64,000 bases of DNA from Minisyncoccota bacterium (GTDB lineage: Bacteria > Patescibacteriota > Minisyncoccia > Phycocordibacterales > UBA9973): NCBI GenBank assembly GCA_041659785.1, contig JBAZXO010000001.1, positions 177,649 through 241,648 of the forward strand, written 5' to 3'. Shown here in pieces: positions 57,865-64,000 of this stretch. Position 1 is the first letter of the stretch. Every line of letters starts with the position of its first letter. The translations under genes and the position numbers were made by a program. Under the pieces are notes generated by a model. That model saw only the letters and a program-made list of their open reading frames with translations, had not been told where the DNA came from and ran no database searches.

Positions 57865-59034
57865 TTAAACAAGGCGTTTAAAAAGATAAATAAATACAGT
57901 CATTGCAGTAAATGCTACCAAGGCAGCGAAAACAAAAGCATAAATGGGATTTAAGACCCACAAAATTCCTGCTATCACTGAAGCGAGAAGATATATTAAG
58001 CCTGTAGTAAAGTTATATGCGCCGATGGCTGTAGCTCTCCTGTCCTTCTCTATGTCAGAAATAAATGCTTTACTCTGAGCTTCGTCAATACTATAAAAGA
58101 TTCCAAATAATATGAACAAAATAATTACCTCCCATTTTTCTTTTGCAAAAATAAAACCTAAAGACATAATGATATAAGTTATATATCCTAAAATAATTAT
58201 GTATCTTCGTCCGATAAAGTCACCGAGCTTGCCTATAGGTATAGATATAAAGACAAAAGAGATATTGAAAAGCGCGTAAAGCAAGACCACATCTTTGATA
58301 GCAAAGCCGACAGCATATGCTCTAAGAAGTAAAAATCCAAAACTAAAATAAGCTAAAGAAAAAATTCCCGCAGGAATAAGAAAAAGTCTAAAACTAGGAC
58401 TCAATGTCCCCCAGGCCTTAAAAATATTTTCTCTTTCATGAGGAATACCTGGACGATCCTTCATTAAAGCGAGAACGAGCACAGCGAGTAATGCTCCGAT
58501 GATTGCTATAACAAAGATAATATGAAAAGTACTCCTGGTAGTACCCAAATAAAGAAGTAAGAAATATGCAACAAGAGGCCCTAAGATAGCACCTGCTTTA
58601 TCCATCGCCTTATGTACTCCAAATGTGTATCCCCTAGTAGATTCTTGTGCTACAGCAGAAAGCCATGCATCTCTAGGTGGACCACGAAAACTTTTTCCTA
58701 CACGTTCAATAATTCTAAATGATGCTAGAGATGCCACAGAGCTCGATACGAGAAGAATCACTTTCGCAACAGTTGAAAAACCATAACCAAAAATAGCTAA
58801 TTGTTTCCTCTTACCCGTTTTATCTGAAAGCCAACCAGCAAAATAATCTAGAGAAGACGCGGAAAAATCTGAAAAACCTTCTACTAAACCTAGAAGTGAT
58901 GCAGGCGCACCAACGATTACTGTAAAGAATATAGAAAAAACTGAAAAAATAGCCTCCGAGCTAATGTCAGTCAAAAAACTCACAATACCCAATTTGAAAA
59001 CATCAGGGTGAATATTTAAAAATCTTTTTTCCAT
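57865..59034 (-). CDS. MFS transporter
   Basis: About 12 TM; VSFLTDISSE, GWLSDKTG.RK, PRDA. Confidence 0.92.
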   Translation of the reverse strand: MEKRFLNIHPDVFKLGIVSFLTDISSEAIFSVFSIFFTVIVGAPASLLGLVEGFSDFSASSLDYFAGWLSDKTGKRKQLAIFGYGFSTVAKVILLVSSSVASLASFRIIERVGKSFRGPPRDAWLSAVAQESTRGYTFGVHKAMDKAGAILGPLVAYFLLLYLGTTRSTFHIIFVIAIIGALLAVLVLALMKDRPGIPHERENIFKAWGTLSPSFRLFLIPAGIFSLAYFSFGFLLLRAYAVGFAIKDVVLLYALFNISFVFISIPIGKLGDFIGRRYIIILGYITYIIMSLGFIFAKEKWEVIILFILFGIFYSIDEAQSKAFISDIEKDRRATAIGAYNFTTGLIYLLASVIAGILWVLNPIYAFVFAALVAFTAMTVFIYLFKRLV

Positions 59035-59056
59035 TACAAGCTAAATATACTAGTTA

Positions 59057-59188
59057 TTAAGCAAACTTTGTTTTGTTTCTAGCAGCTTTTTTAGTAAGCA
59101 TGATACTCTTGACTGCGAGTCTTTTTGCAGTCTTGTGTGAGCGTCTTGATTTCTTTTTGGGACTAAGTGTTGTTCCTCTTTTTGCCAT
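59057..59188 (-). CDS. 43-aa highly basic microprotein MAKRGTTLSPKKKSRRSHKTAKRLAVKSIMLTKKAARNKTKFA
   Basis: Manual translation; 16 K/R, no D/E; double TAA stop; fills the gap before the MFS gene. Confidence 0.65.
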   Translation of the reverse strand: MAKRGTTLSPKKKSRRSHKTAKRLAVKSIMLTKKAARNKTKFA

Positions 59189-59272
59189 ATAATTCTTGTT
59201 ATTTATTATTAATAAGTTATTTTCTATTATACTTTATAATGATAAATAATTCAATAAAATTAATTCTTATTT

Positions 59273-59557
59273 TTATTCCTTAGTTTTTAGCCATCTTTGT
59301 AATTCAATTACGGCATTTAATTTTTCTTTATTTTCTTCTACCCTTTTTAAATCTTCTAGCCATCCTTCAACCATAGGTTTCATATCTTTTCCATCTGATT
59401 TACCATTTTCCATTATTACTTCTAAATGTTTTTTAGCTAGATCTAGCTTACCCATATCTAACAAATGCTTTGTAACGCTAGTCGCAGAAAGCCATGCCGC
59501 ATTTCCAATTTTATGTTTAAGGTTTTCGTGAAGATTTTTGTGAACAAGTTTATCCAT
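59273..59557 (-). CDS. hypothetical protein
   Basis: 94-aa helical ORF; TGCTATAAT upstream. Confidence 0.65.
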   Translation of the reverse strand: MDKLVHKNLHENLKHKIGNAAWLSATSVTKHLLDMGKLDLAKKHLEVIMENGKSDGKDMKPMVEGWLEDLKRVEENKEKLNAVIELQRWLKTKE

Positions 59558-59615
59558 ATAGATTATAAAAAATTAAAAATATTAATAAAACCATTATAGC
59601 ATGTTTATTATTATA

Positions 59616-60368
59616 CTACTTTTCTTCTGCCTCACTAACTGCTTTCCTATAGGCGCACCAATCACAATTTTCTCCTGTTTCTGGAATTTTATCACTATCT
59701 AAACATTCTTTTATTTTAAATAAAGTCTTTTCCACCCATGAGTCATCACCCTCATACGCAATTAGATTTACATCAAAATCAATCCTTTTATCGAAGGCTT
59801 CTCGGTCCATTATACCTGTACAATAAACAAAATAGCCTGTATTAGAAACCTTTAAACCATTATGCCTGACTAGCCACTGATATACCTCCATTTGGCGTTT
59901 ATAGCCATCCTGCCACTCTTTATCGAGCTCTTTTACTGCTTCATCCTTTGCAGTAGCTTTGTAGTCTACGACCATATATTGACCCTTACCATCAATCCAT
60001 AAATCATCGATGGCTCCAGTGACGAGTAAACCTGTGGGTTCATGCAAATATTTAACCCCACCGAAATTTCTTCTCCATTCATCAAGTTCTTCATGAGGAG
60101 CTGGTTTCGCATCTATGCCATATTCTTTCTGCAATGGGTGCTGTTGATTCTTCGCGCGATGAATATCAAATTCTTGTTTAAGCAAATGATCGACTGCGCT
60201 GTTGATAGAAAACGGAAATCCTGGCACTCTTTTTATGCCCAATTTATTATCTATATAAAAACACCTTGGGCATTCCAAAAATAAATCAATCTTGGAACGG
60301 CTAAGTTTCCAATTTCCTCCTCCGTAATTCCAAGCTCTCCCCCTGTTTGGTTTGTAATATTCAGACAT
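59616..60368 (-). CDS. PD-(D/E)XK nuclease family protein (Cas4/AddB-like)
   Basis: LSRSKI...CPRCF, GAIDD, VDYK, QMEVY, C-terminal CDWC. Confidence 0.85.
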   Translation of the reverse strand: MSEYYKPNRGRAWNYGGGNWKLSRSKIDLFLECPRCFYIDNKLGIKRVPGFPFSINSAVDHLLKQEFDIHRAKNQQHPLQKEYGIDAKPAPHEELDEWRRNFGGVKYLHEPTGLLVTGAIDDLWIDGKGQYMVVDYKATAKDEAVKELDKEWQDGYKRQMEVYQWLVRHNGLKVSNTGYFVYCTGIMDREAFDKRIDFDVNLIAYEGDDSWVEKTLFKIKECLDSDKIPETGENCDWCAYRKAVSEAEEK

Positions 60369-60404
60369 AAACTATTTTACCATTTTTTTATAATTCTCTA
60401 TAGC

Positions 60405-60436
60405 AAAAAAAAGGTCATCTTACGATGACCTTTTTT
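60405..60436. terminator. intrinsic terminator at the island border
   Basis: AAAAAAGGTCATC-ttac-GATGACCTTTTTT. Confidence 0.7.
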
Positions 60437-60633
60437 CCTCGTGGACATTATATCACAAAGTTGGAACCAATGGGAAAGCTGGGTTTTCGGAGCATACGAC
60501 ACCCTTATCGGAAATTATCGGTCTGAAAATAGCCTTGTTTGTTAAGTATAAATAGATATCTAGTATCACAAGAATAGAATTAAATAGCTTATATTGTGGA
60601 CAACTTTATTAAATAATATGATACAATTATTCC

Positions 60634-61119
60634 ATGAATAAATTAGCAGTAAGTGTGCCTGCTAGCTCAATAGCAGAATACTTTATTCAAAAATCTAATC
60701 TTTCATCTCCGCGAAGGGTTATAACTAATAAGAAAATTCAAAAACTTGTCTATTATGCTCAAGCATGGTCTTTGGCTATAAACAAACGTCCTCTTTTTGA
60801 AGAAAAGATTGAAGCGTGGGTGCATGGACCTGCAATAAAAAGTGTCTATGATAGATATAAAAAATTTGGTTTTAGTGTAATAAAAAAAGAACCTGATTTA
60901 GCTTTAATCAAGGTTATATCTGAGAATGATAAAAATATTTTAGAACAAGTATGGGATGTTTATGGTAAATACGATTCTTCTTACTTAGAAATGCTTACTC
61001 ATTCCGAACTCCCTTGGCAAAAAGCGAGAGAAGGACTTACTGTTGATGAAAGTTCTGAAAATGAAATAAGTATTGCTTCTATGCAAGAGTTTTACTCATC
61101 TAAACTTAAAAAAAATTAA
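60634..61119 (+). CDS. Panacea (DUF4065/SocA-like) antitoxin
   Basis: KIQKLVYYAQ, EAWVHGP, LTHSELPW motifs. Confidence 0.9.
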   Translation: MNKLAVSVPASSIAEYFIQKSNLSSPRRVITNKKIQKLVYYAQAWSLAINKRPLFEEKIEAWVHGPAIKSVYDRYKKFGFSVIKKEPDLALIKVISENDKNILEQVWDVYGKYDSSYLEMLTHSELPWQKAREGLTVDESSENEISIASMQEFYSSKLKKN

Positions 61120-61128
61120 TTTAAGTTT

Positions 61129-61548
61129 ATGTCTATTCCAGAAGAAGCAAGTAAGTTGGCAGTAAGTGACTCTTTAATTCCAGAAAATATCACCCAGCTT
61201 CCACAACGAGAAGATGACCCTGAGTCTTCGCCATTTATGATTTCATTGGCTAGGTATAACGAAAAAGAGTGTGGTATAGACAACATAGATAAAAAAAGAG
61301 CTGTAAAAGCCTTAAAACTAATACGAGAAATAGGAGTTAATACGTATTCCGAATCAGATTTAAGGAGTTTGAAATTAAAACCTGTTTATCCAAATGGAGA
61401 TTATAAAAAATTATACAAAGGATTACCCTTAGACATTGAGATAAAGGAATTATTTATTGACTCAGACAAAGGAAGGATTTTCTTTTTTACTCTTCAGAAA
61501 ATTTTTTATCTTATATCAATAACAGATTCTCATTACAATACCCATTGA
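61129..61548 (+). CDS. putative toxin partner of Panacea (possibly RelE-like fold)
   Basis: Starts 9 nt after the antitoxin stop; C-terminal GRIFF...FYLI.I.DSH. Confidence 0.55.
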   Translation: MSIPEEASKLAVSDSLIPENITQLPQREDDPESSPFMISLARYNEKECGIDNIDKKRAVKALKLIREIGVNTYSESDLRSLKLKPVYPNGDYKKLYKGLPLDIEIKELFIDSDKGRIFFFTLQKIFYLISITDSHYNTH

Positions 61549-61781
61549 ACCATAATTTGAAAGTTTTCTGACCATATAAAAATATCGATTAAAATGGTGG
61601 AAAACGGAGGAAATCGGTGGTTTTCGGACATCGTGGAAGTGTTGCCTGATAAACAGGGTAATAACAGGAAAGAACAAGACGGCCTATATAGATAAACTGT
61701 ACAATAACTGCATGAAACAGCCAGTTATAACTGGTAGTTTACTGGTTGACACTTAGGATAATAAGAGTAGCATTTAAGTAT

Positions 61782-62585
61782 ATGAAAAAATGTCAAAAAT
61801 GTTTTGAAGAACTTTCTGATGATGCTAAATTTTGTGGAAAATGTGGAGAAAAGATGAGTGAAGTTGTTACAAGTAATTTTTCAGAAAATAATCATGAAAA
61901 TATTACCAAAACACCACTTATAAAAACATTAGTGGCATATGTTGTAGGAATTTTCGCATGTATTCTTGTTATTGGTCTTGTTAATTCAATAATGACTGGA
62001 ATCATCCCTGTAATGATAGGAGTAATTTTAGGAGTATCTGTAGCAGATAAAATAATTGTTAAAATAACTGGAAAACCAGTAAAAAAATTTTATTTTGGAA
62101 AACATAAAGACGGTGAAGAAAAAAAGGGGGTAAGTAAAACTTTAATTTACGTTATTATTGGTTTTGTTGTTCTTGTAATTATTTCTTCTATAATACTTTA
62201 TTACCCAAGTTTTACTAAAGAAATAAATAAGGAAACAGGGAACGCAGGTAATACAGAACTTACATATGAGGTTATGCAAGAAGTAGCAAATGGTATGAAT
62301 AAGGAATATCCACAAATGATAGATTCTGACACTAGGTTAGATTCTGTTACTGGAGCAGAAAATACTCTTTCTTATCACTATACACTTGTAAATTATAGTC
62401 TTGCTGACATAGATGTCTCTAAGCTTAACGATATACTAAGAGGAGATATTGTAAATTTAGTTTGTACAACTCCAGAAATGAAAATTTACGTTAAAAATAA
62501 AGCTGTTTTGAATTATACTTATTATGATAAAAGTGGTTTGTTTTTAATAAATATTCCAGTAAATACTGGAACTGATTGTAAATAA
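61782..62585 (+). CDS. zinc-ribbon membrane protein with extracytoplasmic domain
   Basis: CQKC...FCGKCG, 3 TM segments, C-terminal YPQMID..T.LDSV domain; TTGACA...TAGCAT promoter before ATG 61782. Confidence 0.75.
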   Translation: MKKCQKCFEELSDDAKFCGKCGEKMSEVVTSNFSENNHENITKTPLIKTLVAYVVGIFACILVIGLVNSIMTGIIPVMIGVILGVSVADKIIVKITGKPVKKFYFGKHKDGEEKKGVSKTLIYVIIGFVVLVIISSIILYYPSFTKEINKETGNAGNTELTYEVMQEVANGMNKEYPQMIDSDTRLDSVTGAENTLSYHYTLVNYSLADIDVSKLNDILRGDIVNLVCTTPEMKIYVKNKAVLNYTYYDKSGLFLINIPVNTGTDCK

Positions 62586-62591
62586 AAATTT

Positions 62592-62963
62592 ATGTTTTGT
62601 GAAAATTGTGGAGATAAAATTAAAAAAGAGGAAAAATTTTGCACAAAATGTGGTAAAAGTATCAATTTGCAAGAAATAAAAAATGAAAGGTGGTGGCATC
62701 GTCTACTTAAAGTTTTGTATATAATTGCATATTTTCCATTGATTGGTATTGTTTCATTAACATGGAGTGAAAATTTTCCACATTGCTATACTTATACATA
62801 TTCAACCCCCGATTGTTATGGGTCTTATGGTGAAGCATTTTTATATTCACTTTTAGCCTTGGTAATTTATATGACAATTCTTAGGTTGGCAAAAATTGCC
62901 GTGCTTTATATTGTACTTGGTCGTAGACCAGAATGGGGGAAGGAATTTAAAAGATTTTTTTAG
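62592..62963 (+). CDS. zinc-ribbon 2-TM membrane protein
   Basis: MFCENCG...FCTKCG, WWHRLLKV, two TM segments. Confidence 0.75.
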   Translation: MFCENCGDKIKKEEKFCTKCGKSINLQEIKNERWWHRLLKVLYIIAYFPLIGIVSLTWSENFPHCYTYTYSTPDCYGSYGEAFLYSLLALVIYMTILRLAKIAVLYIVLGRRPEWGKEFKRFF

Positions 62964-62974
62964 ATTAATAACTT

Positions 62975-63160
62975 ATGTTTATACCTTGGTGGTTAATAAT
63001 TATAGGAATAATATTTATTGCTAGGATGGCAAGTAGTGGTAAAGATGTATTACGAAGAAGGATTAATGAATTAGAAGAACAAGTTGAAGAACTTGAAGAA
63101 AAAACCAAAGAGGAATCTATTCCTGATTATGGTTATGGAATAAATGATGATAGTTTATAA
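62975..63160 (+). CDS. small membrane-anchored coiled-coil protein
   Basis: N-terminal TM, RINELEEQVEELEE. Confidence 0.6.
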   Translation: MFIPWWLIIIGIIFIARMASSGKDVLRRRINELEEQVEELEEKTKEESIPDYGYGINDDSL

Positions 63161-63184
63161 AATAATATAAATAATTTTTTACAC

Positions 63185-63213
63185 TTTACTTTTCTAAAAT
63201 ATTAGAGTATAAT
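63185..63213 (+). promoter_or_regulatory. sigma70 promoter
   Basis: TTTACT-17-TATAAT. Confidence 0.65.
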
Positions 63214-63219
63214 TATTTT

Positions 63220-63541
63220 AGTGTTCTTTAGTTTTAAATAAAAAGTTTTTGAGAGGTATTATATGCGAAAATAGTTTTTGCGATTAGAATAATATTCTTA
63301 AAAACAAATCAACGAATGTATTTAATTTAATGATGTTCAATCAAAATCTAGTGGAGGTACACGGAGAGACGGGCCAATATGGAAATGCCACTATGATAAT
63401 TAGTACCCGATATAATAATATTATTCATTAAAAATAAATGTGTGGAGTTGGTAATTTGATAGGCTTGCCTAGTTAATTACCAATTCTTCATATTTTTAAA
63501 TAGAAAGGTAATAAAAAGGCGACCATCAAGGTCGTTTTTTT
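63220..63541 (+). ncRNA. candidate structured non-coding RNA (about 320 nt)
   Basis: Bounded by promoter and terminator, no ORF in the track, two long G-U-containing hairpins and a crossing pair of stems. Confidence 0.55.
63513..63541 (+). terminator. intrinsic terminator
   Basis: AAAAAGGCGACC-atcaa-GGTCGTTTTTTT. Confidence 0.7.
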
Positions 63542-63650
63542 GTTTGTGCAAAAAGGCGACATTACTAAGGATGTCCACCTAAAGTCTATTTATTAATCGA
63601 CAGGTCGAAGTGGACATCGCCTGTTGATTGATAAGTAGATTTTTTAATTT

Positions 63651-63908
63651 ATGCGAAGCATAGAAGCAAATTATAAAAAAGTTCAAGCTCGAAATCCTAA
63701 TCTTGGAACTCATCCTTGTTTGTGTAGGGCGGTTAGATATAAAAAGTTTTCACGAAAATCCATAGTGAAAGCTTTTAATGAATTGATGCCAGAAAGTGAA
63801 TATGAACAAGATGAGAAAAAAGAGCTGATTGACTATCTAGAGAATCAAACGAACCTAGCTGAGGAGGGCGAAATTAGGGGTAAAAATGCGTTTAGAGCAA
63901 CGAAATAA
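63651..63908 (+). CDS. hypothetical protein
   Basis: 85-aa ORF preceded by a structured leader. Confidence 0.65.
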   Translation: MRSIEANYKKVQARNPNLGTHPCLCRAVRYKKFSRKSIVKAFNELMPESEYEQDEKKELIDYLENQTNLAEEGEIRGKNAFRATK

Positions 63909-63912
63909 CAAC

Positions 63913-64000
63913 ATGATAAGCATTGAGAGGTGTAAAGAAATATTGGGCGAGAATATGCCAGACTCTGAGGTTGAGAGACTTCGGGAGGTTCTTTACACTA
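63913..64000 (+). CDS. small hypothetical protein, truncated by window end (MISIERCKEILGENMPDSEVERLREVLYT...)
   Basis: Manual translation; starts 4 nt after the previous stop. Confidence 0.6.
   Translation, partial: MISIERCKEILGENMPDSEVERLREVLYT

Larger units (their letters stand above)
60441..64000. mobile_element. probable integrative genomic island, left part (runs off the window)
   Basis: Abrupt switch to AT-rich, plus-strand accessory genes (TA pair, zinc-ribbon proteins); att-like junction at 60441; no integrase inside the window. Confidence 0.55.

Noticed and set aside
61594-61695. 33-aa ORF MVENGGNRWFSDIVEVLPDKQGNNRKEQDGLYR
   Set aside because: No clear translation signal or motif; cannot be distinguished from chance
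63345-63410. Cobalamin or glycine riboswitch suggested by GGAAATGCCAC and GGAGAGAC
   Set aside because: Other conserved elements of those families are absent and the gene context does not fit
59616-64000. CRISPR-Cas locus suggested by the Cas4-like nuclease
   Set aside because: No repeat-spacer array or other cas genes visible

Overview
An AT-rich bacterial chromosome segment using genetic code 11 (TGA is used as a stop). Gene content and style point to a Patescibacteria/CPR (Parcubacteria-like) genome; this is inferred, not verified. About 60 kb is mostly core and metabolic genes: lysS, greA, rpsU, ybeY-ftsA-ftsZ, trxB, gdhA, tsaD, valS, ppsA-eno-glycerate kinase-hydroxyacid dehydrogenase, lepA, pentose-phosphate genes, dapF, gap, dnaE, pth, lepB, hisS, def, fmt, raiA, a GH130/PMM/MPI mannose cluster and mgtA. 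It also holds six tRNAs and a group of adhesin or tail-fibre-like surface proteins. From about 60.4 kb the window enters a probable integrative island with a Panacea antitoxin plus unknown partner, zinc-ribbon membrane proteins, and a promoter- and terminator-bounded, ORF-free RNA of about 320 nt with a potential pseudoknot. A second pseudoknot-capable leader RNA follows it. Other structure not explained by gene calls: (1) several families of short palindromes inserted in-frame in housekeeping genes; (2) recurrent leaderless promoters in core genes, versus stand-alone orphan genes with TTGACA promoters, a boxA-like motif, SD and terminator; (3) A18/G55 tRNA elbow covariation; (4) tRNA 5'-end duplications; (5) a G11 tract in an adhesin promoter spacer; (6) three unannotated microproteins. 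All calls come from motif recognition by eye; no database searches were run.
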